Origin: an uncultured Pseudomonadota bacterium | Lineage (GTDB): Bacteria > Myxococcota_A > Polyangia > Fen-1088 | Direction of reading: 5' to 3' | Length of the DNA: 64,000 bases | Assembly: GCA_963847705.1 (NCBI GenBank) | Contig: CAWKBC010000034.1 | Location: 1-64,000, forward strand | Shown here: one piece after another, positions 1-11,542 of the stretch | How positions within the stretch are numbered: position 1 is the stretch's first letter | How the letters are laid out: each line of letters starts with the position of its first letter | Position numbers and translations under genes: made by a program | The notes under the pieces: model-generated | What the model saw: only the letters and a program-made list of their open reading frames with translations | What the model was told of the DNA's origin: nothing | Database searches by the model: none

Positions 1-25
1 CTCCAATTCGACCCGCGAGCCGAAT

Positions 26-1374
<1,349 letters not shown>

Positions 1375-1375
<1 letters not shown>

Positions 1376-1395
1376 GGAACCCTCGAAGGGTTCCC
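1375..1395. terminator. Perfect hairpin between convergent genes (possible terminator, no U-tract)
   Basis: gggaaccct-cga-agggttccc directly at the kinase stop codon. Confidence 0.4.
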
Positions 1396-1499
1396 GATGA
1401 CCCTCCCGCGATGAGCTCCGCGCGGCCAAGCCGCGCCACGCTCGACGCGATCGGATTCGTGGGTTCGTCTTCGGACCAACCGCTGGAGAGGGAGCTTGC

Positions 1500-1877
1500 C
1501 TACCCGCGGGGGACGCACTGCTTGTAGGGGACGCCGCCGGGGGGGGCCGGAACCTCGCGGCAGGTCTCCTCCTCGGGACAGTCGGGATCGGCGTCGCAGG
1601 CGACGGCGGCGGCCATCCATCCCCCCGCCGCCACGACGGCGGCGAGGCCCACCGCGACCGCCACGAACCCTCCGTCGGTGAGCGCGTGGGCCGTCGATGG
1701 GTGCGCGTTCCTGTCGAACCCTTCCCCCGCCGCCCAGGTGGCGCTGCCGGCGCCGACCAGGACGCCGCCGATCGAGGCCAGCGTGCGAGGACCGGCGTGA
1801 CGGCCGACGCAGCCCGAAGCGACCAGTGCCAGCGTCAGGGTCAGGCCAAAAATTGTACGCCGCGATCGTTCTTCCAT
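1500..1877 (-). CDS. Small lipoprotein with hydrophobic segments and Cys-rich C-terminus
   Basis: Lipobox-like LVASGC; C-terminal CDADPDC...C...C. Confidence 0.7.
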   Translation of the reverse strand: MEERSRRTIFGLTLTLALVASGCVGRHAGPRTLASIGGVLVGAGSATWAAGEGFDRNAHPSTAHALTDGGFVAVAVGLAAVVAAGGWMAAAVACDADPDCPEEETCREVPAPPGGVPYKQCVPRG

Positions 1878-1899
1878 ATCCTCGACCGAACCTCAGGCT

Positions 1900-2520
1900 A
1901 TGCGGGAACGCGCTCCATATCCACTGCTGCTCGCGTCGCTGGCGCTTGCCCTGGCGTTGCTGTCACCGTCGGTGGCGCGCGCACAGGAGAACCAGAATCT
2001 GCTGCACGGCCCGCATCCCTTCCTGAAGGACAATGAGCTGTCGGTCCACGCGCTCATCGGCGAGGGTCAGGGGGACGCGCTCTCCGGCGCCAAGCTGGAG
2101 CTCGGCTACGGCTACAAGCTCACCGGGGGCGCGGCACCCTTCTGGCTCAACCTGCTGGTCAGCTTCGAGCACAGCGGCTGCAACCCCGTGACCGGCGCCA
2201 CCGACGCCTGCGCGGGCGTGACCGGCGACATCGTCGAGACGATGGCCGGCGTGAAGTGGACGTTCGCCACCCCGATCCCGGTGGTGCCCTACCTGCAGGG
2301 GAACGCCGGCCTCGTGTTTGCCTTTCCCAACGGCGCGACCGACGCCTTGGGCCTGGCCATCCGCGCGGCGGGCGGCGCGAACTACTTCTTTTTCGACTGG
2401 CTGGGGCTGGGGATCCAGGTGGGATTTTCCGTCGGACAGATCGACTACGACGCGACCTTTCACGGCAGCCACACCTACTCGGTCGTCGACTTCGGCGGCG
2501 GCGTCGAATTTCAATTTTAG
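1900..2520 (+). CDS. Outer-membrane beta-barrel protein (OmpA/OmpW-like size)
   Basis: Signal peptide ending ARA; amphipathic strands; C-terminal GGGVEFQF. Confidence 0.8.
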   Translation: MRERAPYPLLLASLALALALLSPSVARAQENQNLLHGPHPFLKDNELSVHALIGEGQGDALSGAKLELGYGYKLTGGAAPFWLNLLVSFEHSGCNPVTGATDACAGVTGDIVETMAGVKWTFATPIPVVPYLQGNAGLVFAFPNGATDALGLAIRAAGGANYFFFDWLGLGIQVGFSVGQIDYDATFHGSHTYSVVDFGGGVEFQF

Positions 2521-2590
2521 GGAGTCAGGTCAGCGAGACGGGGTACGGCTCGCTGCCGCTCGCGCACCCCGGTCCCCCTCGCTCGTCCCG

Positions 2591-2961
2591 GCGGAGCCGC
2601 GCCGAGCTCGCCTGGTCACTGGATCGTTACCTTCTCTCGTCGCGGCCGAGCCGCGCCGAGCTCGCCTGGTCACTGGGTCGTTACCTTCTCTCGTCGCGGC
2701 CGAGCCCCGCCGACCTCGCCTGGTCACTCGGTCGTTACCTTCTCTCGTCGCGGCCGAGCCGCGCCGAGCTCGCCTGGTCACTCGGTCGTTACCTTCTCTC
2801 GTCGCGGCCGAGCCGCGCCGAGCTCGCCTGGTCACTGGGTCGTTACCTTCTCTCGTCGCGGCCGAGCCCCGCCGACCTCGCCTGGTCACTCGGTCGTTAC
2901 CTTCTCTCGTCGCGGCCGAGCCGCGCCGAGCTCGCCTGGTCACTGGGTCGTTAGCTTCTCT
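2591..2961. repeat. Tandem array of ~6.8 copies of a 54-bp unit overlapping the pepP 3' end
   Basis: Unit ctcgcctggtcactgggtcgttaccttctctcgtcgcggccgagccgcgccgag starting at 2607, 2661, 2715, 2769, 2823, 2877 and 2931; no spacers. Confidence 0.97.
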
Positions 2962-4271
2962 ATCTCTGGAACGGTTTTGGGGGTAGCGACGGTCAGGTTC
3001 TCGTACCCCGTCTCCGTGACCAGGATGTCGTCCTCGATGCGCACGCCGAAGCCGCGGAACTCGGGGGGCGCCGCTGCGTCCTCGGCGACGTAGAGCCCCG
3101 GCTCGATCGTGAGGACCATGCCGGGCACGAGCGGGCGCGCGGCGCCGTTCTCGGAGTAGAAGCCGACGTCGTGCACGTCCATCCCCAGCCAGTGGCTGGT
3201 GCGGTGCATGTAGAAGGGTTTGTAGGCACCGCTCTCCACCAGCTCGGGGACCTCGCCGCTCAGAAACCCCAGCGTGACCAGGTGCCCGGTCAATCGGGCG
3301 ACCACCGCCTCGTGAATCTGGTCGATGGTCGCGCCGGGCTTCACCATCTCGATCGCCGCCTGCTGCGTCTCCAGCACCGCCTCGTAAAACCGCCGCTGCG
3401 GCTCGGAGAAGGGCGCGCCGATCGGAAAGGTGCGGGTCACGTCGGCGGTGTAGCCCTCGACCTCGCAGCCGGCGTCGATCAGCAGCAGGTCACCGCGCGC
3501 CAGCGGCGACGCGTTCTCGACGTAATGGAGGATGGTCGCGTTGACGCCCGCGCCCACGATCGTGCCGTACCCGGGGCCGGTGCCGCCGCGACGGCGAAAG
3601 GTGTAGTCGATGAGCGCCTCGATCTCTCGCTCGCTGCCCCCGGCCCGCGCGCTCCCCATGGCGGCCACGTGCGCCTCGGCGGTGATCGCCGCCGCCTGGC
3701 GCAGGATGGTGAGCTCGTCGGGCGACTTCAGGAGCCGCATCTCGTGCAAGGTGAGGCGCGCGTCGCACAGGCGCACCGGCGCCCGCCGGCCGCGCCGCTC
3801 GCCGGCCCGCAGGCGACCGAGCAGGCGGCCGATGGCGGCGTCCTGCTCCGGCTCGCGCCCGAACGGGTAGTGCACCTCCTCGGCGCCGGCCACGATCTCG
3901 GCCACCTTTTCGTCGAAGTCGTCGCTGGCGAACGCCACGTCGGCGCCGAAGGTGGTCATCGCCCCCTCGACGCCGGCCCGCCGCCCGGTCCAGGTCTCGG
4001 CCGCAGGATCGCGCGGGCGGACGAACAGCACGAAGGGGGTGGCGTGCCCGGGGCGCAGCAGCACCGCCGCCCCCGGCTCGCCGAAGCCGGTCAGGTAGAG
4101 GATGTCGCTGTCCTGACGGTACTTGTAGTGCGCGTCGCCGTTGCGCAAGCGCTCCGGCGGCGACATCAACAGCAGCGCGGTGCCGGGGCCGAGCCGGTCG
4201 CAGAGGCGCGCACGGCGTTCAGCGTAGAGGGAAGGGGGCGCGACAGTCTTGAACACGGGCGCAACGGCCAT
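2940..4271 (-). CDS. pepP: Xaa-Pro aminopeptidase (aminopeptidase P)
   Basis: RQDSDILYLTG N-domain; LIDAGCE..Y.ADVTRT, HWLGMDVHD, TIEPGLY and GVRIEDD M24 motifs. Confidence 0.95.
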   Translation of the reverse strand: MAVAPVFKTVAPPSLYAERRARLCDRLGPGTALLLMSPPERLRNGDAHYKYRQDSDILYLTGFGEPGAAVLLRPGHATPFVLFVRPRDPAAETWTGRRAGVEGAMTTFGADVAFASDDFDEKVAEIVAGAEEVHYPFGREPEQDAAIGRLLGRLRAGERRGRRAPVRLCDARLTLHEMRLLKSPDELTILRQAAAITAEAHVAAMGSARAGGSEREIEALIDYTFRRRGGTGPGYGTIVGAGVNATILHYVENASPLARGDLLLIDAGCEVEGYTADVTRTFPIGAPFSEPQRRFYEAVLETQQAAIEMVKPGATIDQIHEAVVARLTGHLVTLGFLSGEVPELVESGAYKPFYMHRTSHWLGMDVHDVGFYSENGAARPLVPGMVLTIEPGLYVAEDAAAPPEFRGFGVRIEDDILVTETGYENLTVATPKTVPEIEKLTTQ

Positions 4272-4307
4272 GCCGGCAATTTTAGCCTATGATGCGCCCC
4301 CAAACCG

Positions 4308-5516
4308 ATGGGCCAGGATTCTGCGACCGCCGTGGTGAGCGCACGCGGCGCGGCGCGACTCCGCGCCGGCCATCCCTGGGTCTACCGCCCTGACGTCATC
4401 CGCGGGCCGGCGCACGACGCCGGCGACGGCGGACCGTCGATGGTCGGCGTCGAGGACGCGCGTGGCAAGCGGCTCGGCTGGGCCACCTGGGCGGCGCGGG
4501 CGCGGCTGGCGCTGCGGATGATCGGCCGCGGCGCCGAGCCACAGCCGCCCCGGCTGACCGACCTCGTCGACGAGCGGCTGGGCGCCGCGTTGAAGCTGCG
4601 CCTCGGGATGGGGCTCGACCGCGACGCCTACCGCGTCGCGCACGCCGAGAGCGACGGCCTGCCCGGCCTGGTGGTCGATCGCTACGCCGACGCCGCCGTC
4701 CTGCAGACGACCTCGGTGGCGATGAACGCCGCGCGCGCCGAGATCGCCGAGATCGTTCGGGCCCGCCTGGACGCGCGCGTGGTGGTCGCCCGCGACGACG
4801 GCTCGGCGCGCGACTTCGAGGATCTCCCCCGCTTCGCCGGACTCCTTCACGGTCAGGAGTCGCGCATCGTCTACCGGCTGGGCGAGAACCGGCTGGAGGC
4901 CGATCTGCTGGTCGACGGCAAGACCGGCGGCTTTCTCGATCAGGCCGACAACCAGGCGGCGCTGGCGGCGTTGGCCCCCGCAGGCGCGCGGGCGCTCGAC
5001 GCCTTCAGCTACCACGGCGGCTTCGCGCTGGCGCTGGCCCGCAAGAACGGCGCCGGCGAGGTGCTGGCGGTCGACGAGAGCGACGCGGCGGTGGCGCGCG
5101 CGACCGCCAACGCCCGCCGCAACGGCCTCGCCAACCTCAAGGTCGAGCGCGCCAACTCCTTCGACCTCCTGCGCGCGCTGGAGAGCCGCGGTGAGCTCTT
5201 CGACGTGGTGGTGATCGACCCGCCCGCGCTCGCCAAGCGCGGCGGCGAGGCGGCGCTGGCCACCGCCGCGCGCGCGTACAAGGAATTGCTCCTGCGCGGC
5301 GCGCGCCTCACCCGACCGGGCGGCCTCCTCTGCGCCTGCTCGTGCTCGGGCCGGGTGACCCGCGCGCACTGGGAGGAGATCTGCACCGATGCGCTCGGCG
5401 ACGCCGGACGGGCCGCCCATCTGCTGTCGCGCGCCGGCGCCGGCCGCGACCACCCGGAGCTCGCCGGCGTCCCGGAGACGGGTCACCTCAAGGCCTGGAC
5501 CTACCGAGTCCTGTAG
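4308..5516 (+). CDS. rlmI: Class I SAM-dependent rRNA methyltransferase, RlmI family
   Basis: PUA-like GHPWVY, ESDGLPGLVVDRY, KTG.FLDQ, DPP, CSCS. Confidence 0.88.
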   Translation: MGQDSATAVVSARGAARLRAGHPWVYRPDVIRGPAHDAGDGGPSMVGVEDARGKRLGWATWAARARLALRMIGRGAEPQPPRLTDLVDERLGAALKLRLGMGLDRDAYRVAHAESDGLPGLVVDRYADAAVLQTTSVAMNAARAEIAEIVRARLDARVVVARDDGSARDFEDLPRFAGLLHGQESRIVYRLGENRLEADLLVDGKTGGFLDQADNQAALAALAPAGARALDAFSYHGGFALALARKNGAGEVLAVDESDAAVARATANARRNGLANLKVERANSFDLLRALESRGELFDVVVIDPPALAKRGGEAALATAARAYKELLLRGARLTRPGGLLCACSCSGRVTRAHWEEICTDALGDAGRAAHLLSRAGAGRDHPELAGVPETGHLKAWTYRVL

Positions 5517-5536
5517 CGAATGGTCACCTTGAGATC

Positions 5537-5914
5537 ATGGATAAGAGGGTGCTTGGCGTGGCGGCGCTGCTGGGCTCCGGCCTGGCGGTCGTCTGGATGT
5601 TCGCGATCGGTTACCACGCGACGAGCTGGCTGAGCTGGACGGTGCTCGGCTGCGCGGTGGTGGCGCTGGCCGGGCTCGGCCCAGCGACCATGGTCGAGAT
5701 GCCGGGCGTCGGCACCTGGCCGCTCGTCGGGTCCGTGCTGATCTCGGCCTGGCTGTTCGCGATGGCGGTCGGCGCGACGCGCTGGCTGGCCTGGCTGAGC
5801 TTCGGCTTCGGCCTGGCGTTCGTGGTTCTGTCGTTCGCGTTCACCGTGGAGAGCAGCGACCTGGAGCTGCTGCACCACCGGCTGCACGGTCGCCACCTGC
5901 AGGGACGAGCCTGA
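5537..5914 (+). CDS. Small four-helix membrane protein
   Basis: ATG at 5537 (MDKRVLG) followed by four Trp-rich hydrophobic segments; His-rich tail. Confidence 0.65.
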   Translation: MDKRVLGVAALLGSGLAVVWMFAIGYHATSWLSWTVLGCAVVALAGLGPATMVEMPGVGTWPLVGSVLISAWLFAMAVGATRWLAWLSFGFGLAFVVLSFAFTVESSDLELLHHRLHGRHLQGRA

Positions 5915-5957
5915 GCCTCGCACCGGCGAGGCGCTGCGCGGCCAGCCCGGCCGTCGC

Positions 5958-7268
5958 CTAACCTCCCAGGCTGGCGTCGGCGGGGGTGCCCTGCCCGCCC
6001 GCGCCGCCGTCGGTGGCGCTCCCGCTGCCGCCAGCACCGCCTGCGCCACCGCCATCACCGCCAGCGCTGGCGTCGATCGCGCCCGCGTCGCGCTTGCCGT
6101 TCGGCGACGGGTCGGTGTAGCCGAGCAGCGCGGTCTTCACGATCATGCCGGGCGGCGTCGGCGTGCCCGACCAGTCGCTGATGATCGACGGGAAGCTACA
6201 GCCGCCGTTGTACCAAGCCCAAGCGGTCCAGTTGGCGGCGTGCTGATCGGCGTAGGTAATGACGTCCGAGACGTAGGTGTTGATCTGCGGAGAGTAGCTC
6301 TGGCCGCTGCAGTCGGCGCCGTCCCCGAACTCGGTGACGATGACCGGATCGGTCTTGGTCAAGAAGCCCCAGCCCGCGTCCCAGGCCGAGGGGCCCTTGT
6401 CGGAGCTGCCGCCATAGGGGTGGGTGGCGTAGAGAATGTTGTAGCCGTCGATCCGATTCGACGGCACGCCCGAGAGATCGAACGCGTAGTTGAGCCCGCC
6501 GATCACCACCAGGTTGTCGGCGCCGGCGCCCCGCACGGCGGCGTAGAGCTGCTGCATTCCCGCTGCCGTCCACCCGGCGCTGGTCTTCCCACCCGACTTC
6601 CAGACGTTCCAGGGAACGTCGTGCGGCTCGTTGTAGAGCTCGAACAGAACCCGCCCGTCGTTCTTGTAGCGGCCGGCGACGTCGGCCCAGAAGCCGATCG
6701 AATTGGTGTCAGCCATCAGCTGCTGGCAGCTCGTTTTGCAGCTGCCGAGCGTCCCGGCGTCGGACCAGTGCAGATCGAGGATCACGTCCATCCCCGCCTG
6801 CTCGGCCCATTTGACGGCGGCGTCGACGGTCGCCGGGTAGTTGGCGTTGGCCAGCGGGGAAGCGGCGATCCAGAAGTCTTGGTTGAGCGCGATGCGCACG
6901 ATGTTCGCCTTCCAGCCGGCCATCAGCTGAAAATCGGAGGCGGAGAGTTGATCACCGGTCGGCGACCACTCCAGGGACGGCCGGTCGACGCCGTGAAACA
7001 GGTGCGCCTCCCCGCTTGGCGTGCAGACGGAGTTGCCGCTGACGTAGTAGCCGCCGGGCGCGACGTGCTTGGTGGTGGCCGCGGCGCAACCGGTCGCCGT
7101 GGTGGGCCCCGACGTGCTGCTGCTGCTGCTGTCGCCGGGAAAGAGCGTCGAGCAACCAGAGGTGGCGAGACCGACGACCGCCGTCAGTTGAGCGGAGAGC
7201 AAAAGAGAGTTCGAGAGACGAGACAAAGCGGGCCTCCTAAGCAAGATCCCAAAATGCGCAGCCACCAT
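5958..7268 (-). CDS. Glycoside hydrolase family 5 (cellulase-like) lipoprotein
   Basis: ILDLH, ELYNEPH (acid/base), HPY, VTEFG (nucleophile), WAW; LATSGC lipobox; true start probably somewhat downstream. Confidence 0.9.
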   Translation of the reverse strand: MVAAHFGILLRRPALSRLSNSLLLSAQLTAVVGLATSGCSTLFPGDSSSSSTSGPTTATGCAAATTKHVAPGGYYVSGNSVCTPSGEAHLFHGVDRPSLEWSPTGDQLSASDFQLMAGWKANIVRIALNQDFWIAASPLANANYPATVDAAVKWAEQAGMDVILDLHWSDAGTLGSCKTSCQQLMADTNSIGFWADVAGRYKNDGRVLFELYNEPHDVPWNVWKSGGKTSAGWTAAGMQQLYAAVRGAGADNLVVIGGLNYAFDLSGVPSNRIDGYNILYATHPYGGSSDKGPSAWDAGWGFLTKTDPVIVTEFGDGADCSGQSYSPQINTYVSDVITYADQHAANWTAWAWYNGGCSFPSIISDWSGTPTPPGMIVKTALLGYTDPSPNGKRDAGAIDASAGGDGGGAGGAGGSGSATDGGAGGQGTPADASLGG

Positions 7269-7357
7269 CCGAACGCAGAGCTCATTTTATAGGGCCTGGT
7301 CCCCGTCGTTGACCAGAAGGTTTTCGCCAGAAATCGCCAAAAAACCTGCCTACTTGT

Positions 7358-7390
7358 CGGACGTCCGGCGGACGTCCGGCGGACGTCCAC
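7358..7390. repeat. Three tandem copies of an 11-bp unit with palindromic core ggacgtcc
   Basis: cggacgtccgg cggacgtccgg cggacgtccac. Confidence 0.85.
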
Positions 7391-7413
7391 GTTCCACGGC
7401 CGGTGGGCGCGGG

Positions 7414-8724
7414 TCAACGTCGCCCGAGACGCCACCTGCCAACGTAAAACGACAACGTGGCGTAGATCCCCAACCAGGCTGGCAACGAAAACGACAACAG
7501 CCGGTCGTTCTCTTGATGCCGCACGATGCCGATCTTGAGCAGGGCGGCAGCGATCGCGGCGGCGAAAGCCGCAAGGGCGACGGTGCGGGCCCCGCGCGCG
7601 GCCCATGGTCTTCCGAACGTGACGCCGATCCCAAGCACCACGAGGGCGAGCGCCCAGGGCGCGAACAGCAGGATGTTCTGGTTGTGGTGCGCGACGACAT
7701 GGTCGGTCAGCGCCCAGACGTAAACCAAAAAACAGCCGACGAAGCCCGTCACCAGCCCCCACCCCGCGAGCAGCAGGCCGAAGAGCACCTGCGAGGCGAT
7801 ACGGGCGGCAGCGGCCAGGTGCGGGCGGGTCGCCGCCCAACCGAGCAGAAAGAACGACAGACCGACCAGCGAGCCGGCGAGAAAAAATGTCCGGGCGCGC
7901 GCGGGCGGCGTCTCGAGCGGCGCCGCGCGCTGCGCCGCGAAGACCGGGCGCGTTTCGGTGACGAGCGGGCGCGTTCCGCCGGGTCCCGAGACCGTCACGG
8001 CAGAGAGCCCGCGCGCCAGCTCCTGGGGGATGAACATCTCGCCCCAGCGGTCGATCGGGCGATCGGCGTCGGGACCGAGCACGATGTCCAGCGCCACGTA
8101 GAGCGGCCAGTAGTCGGCCGTCATCCGCAGCGCCTGCTGGCGCAGGGTGAGGCGCGCCGGCGCCCGGGCGCTGGCGCGCAGCTGGCCGCCGATGGCGTCG
8201 TCGATCGCGTCGCGCACGCGCGTGGCGCAGTTGTCCAGGAAGTAGTCGTATTTGTAGGCGCGGTTCTCGGGGCGCGCGTTGACGTCGAGACGCGCGCGCA
8301 GCGCCTGCTTGGCGGCCGGATCGAGCGTGAGCTCTTGCACCTCGATCGTCCGGTTCTCATGCTCGTACGACGCGAGCACCGCCGGCAGATACGAGACCGA
8401 CAGCCAGTAGGTCATGCGCCCGTGAAGGAAGTCGAGGATGAGGCGTGGCCCGGTGAAGCTGAAGGTCCCGAAGTTGTAGACGCGATCCGTGCCCGCGGCC
8501 TGGTCGTGAATCCAGATCGCGTCGTGTCCAAACTTGAAGAACGGATGATCGCCGGGCCCGAACGTCATCACGTAGACCGACAGCGGGTCCTTCGACGCCG
8601 CGTCTTCGGCCGGAGGCGGGGCGACGACCGGTGGAGCGGCAGAGCCTGCGCGCGAGACGCTGGCCGCCGCGAGCGCCAGCGCCGTCGCCGCCAGAATCGC
8701 CCGCAGGCGCGAACGAACGCCCAT
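7414..8724 (-). CDS. DUF4105 / Lnb-like protein (periplasmic domain plus C-terminal TM helices)
   Basis: FGHDAIWI, YNFGTF and YKYDYFLDNCATRVRD motifs; four C-terminal TM segments. Confidence 0.8.
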   Translation of the reverse strand: MGVRSRLRAILAATALALAAASVSRAGSAAPPVVAPPPAEDAASKDPLSVYVMTFGPGDHPFFKFGHDAIWIHDQAAGTDRVYNFGTFSFTGPRLILDFLHGRMTYWLSVSYLPAVLASYEHENRTIEVQELTLDPAAKQALRARLDVNARPENRAYKYDYFLDNCATRVRDAIDDAIGGQLRASARAPARLTLRQQALRMTADYWPLYVALDIVLGPDADRPIDRWGEMFIPQELARGLSAVTVSGPGGTRPLVTETRPVFAAQRAAPLETPPARARTFFLAGSLVGLSFFLLGWAATRPHLAAAARIASQVLFGLLLAGWGLVTGFVGCFLVYVWALTDHVVAHHNQNILLFAPWALALVVLGIGVTFGRPWAARGARTVALAAFAAAIAAALLKIGIVRHQENDRLLSFSLPAWLGIYATLSFYVGRWRLGRR

Positions 8725-8737
8725 CAGCCCAAGGCTA

Positions 8738-10045
8738 TCACCGGATTCGTCGCAGCACCGCCGCGAAGAAGCCGTCGGTGTCGTGACGATTTGGTGAAAG
8801 CCGCAGCGTCATCCCGTCGCCCAGCTTCTCTGCCCGCTCGCGCCCCCAGATCTCCTTGACCGGCACCGGGACGAAGTCGTCGCGCTCGGCCAGGAAGCGC
8901 TCCATGACCAGGTCATTCTCGGACCGGGCGACCGTGCAGGTCGCGTAGATGAGACGGCCGCCCACCGCCACCAGCGGCGCGTAGGTCACCAGCAGCCCGA
9001 CCTGTCGCGCGGGGAAGCTGTCGACGGTCGCCCGCGTGAGCCGCCAGCGCGCCTCTGGATTGCGGCGCAGCGTCCCCAGACCCGAACAGGGGGCATCGAC
9101 CAAGACGCGGTCAAACTGCCCTTTGACCGCGAGCGGCCCCTCGCCCACCGGCCGCGCCTCGACGTTGGTCAGGCCGGCGCGGCGGGCGCGGCGGCGCAGC
9201 TCTTCCAGCTTCTTGCCGTCGGTGTCGAGCGCCAGCATGCGCCCCTTGCCACCGAGCGCGGCGCCAATCGCCAGCGTCTTGCCGCCGGCGCCGGCGCAGG
9301 CGTCGACGACGCGACCTCCGGGCGGCGGCGCCACCAGGTCGGCGACCAGCTGGCTCCCTTCGTCCATCACCTCGAAGAGGCCGTCGCGGAACGCGGTCAG
9401 CGCGAAGGCGTTCATGCGCGTCTCGCAGACCAGCCCGGCGGGCGCCAGCGCAGTCGGCCGCGCCACCACCTGCTCGTCGGCCAGGCGGTCGACCAGCGCC
9501 TCCCGCGTCCCGCGCGCGGTGTTGGCGCGGATCGCCAGCGGCGCGCGCCGGTTCATCGCCTCGGCCAGGGCCAGCGCCTCGTCGTGGCCGTGATCCTCCA
9601 CGAACATCTCGAGCATCCAGGTCGGGTACGACAGGCGCACCGCCTCGCGCTCGAGCCCACGGCGCCCGCTCAACCCCGCCTCCTCGCCGAGCGCGCCCGA
9701 CAGATCGATCGGCTCGCGCCCGAGCCGCTTGGTCTCGGCGGCCAGCGCCTCGACCGGAATCCCGGAGCGCGCTTCGTACACCAGCAGCTTCAGCTCGTCG
9801 CGCGCGTGCGGCGCCAGAGCCGTCACGGAGGTCAGCTCCTCAAGAATCGCGCCCAGGCGCCGATCCATCCGGATGAGCCCATAGACCGTCTCCGAACAGA
9901 GCCGGCGATCGCTGCTCGAAAGCTCCCGATGTGCGCGGAACGCCCGCGCGATGAGATCGCTGGCGAAGCCCCACTCCGCGCGCGCCTCTGCCGCGATCTC
10001 CAGCGTCAGCGCCCGGGCGCCGCCCGTCAGGCGTGAAGCAGGCAT
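8738..10045 (-). CDS. RsmB/NOP2-family RNA m5C methyltransferase
   Basis: DACAGAGGKT, VLVDAPCSGLGT.RRNPE, YATCT, TDGFF. Confidence 0.92.
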   Translation of the reverse strand: MPASRLTGGARALTLEIAAEARAEWGFASDLIARAFRAHRELSSSDRRLCSETVYGLIRMDRRLGAILEELTSVTALAPHARDELKLLVYEARSGIPVEALAAETKRLGREPIDLSGALGEEAGLSGRRGLEREAVRLSYPTWMLEMFVEDHGHDEALALAEAMNRRAPLAIRANTARGTREALVDRLADEQVVARPTALAPAGLVCETRMNAFALTAFRDGLFEVMDEGSQLVADLVAPPPGGRVVDACAGAGGKTLAIGAALGGKGRMLALDTDGKKLEELRRRARRAGLTNVEARPVGEGPLAVKGQFDRVLVDAPCSGLGTLRRNPEARWRLTRATVDSFPARQVGLLVTYAPLVAVGGRLIYATCTVARSENDLVMERFLAERDDFVPVPVKEIWGRERAEKLGDGMTLRLSPNRHDTDGFFAAVLRRIR

Positions 10046-10063
10046 GACCCCAAACCCGATGTT

Positions 10064-11359
<1,296 letters not shown>

Positions 11360-11542
11360 TCCCGGCCAGCTTCCGAGCTCCGGCCCCCGCCCCGAGACGG
11401 GCACCGGGACTGGGCGAGCGCAGGGTGGCTTGGTCACCCCGGAGCGAGCCGGGAGCGCGGGGGGCCCCAAGGCGCGCGGCGCCCGACGCCCCCCCGATCT
11501 AGACGTTGCTTTACGGACGAGCCCGTCTTTTAATGCGCGGCC

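Noticed and set aside
2591-2961. CRISPR array
   Set aside because: Units are contiguous with no unique spacers, and there are no cas genes in the window
2256-2986. Repeat-protein ORFs (SRAELAWSLGRYLLSSRP etc.)
   Set aside because: They arise because the 54-bp unit is a multiple of three; they overlap real genes and lack a credible start
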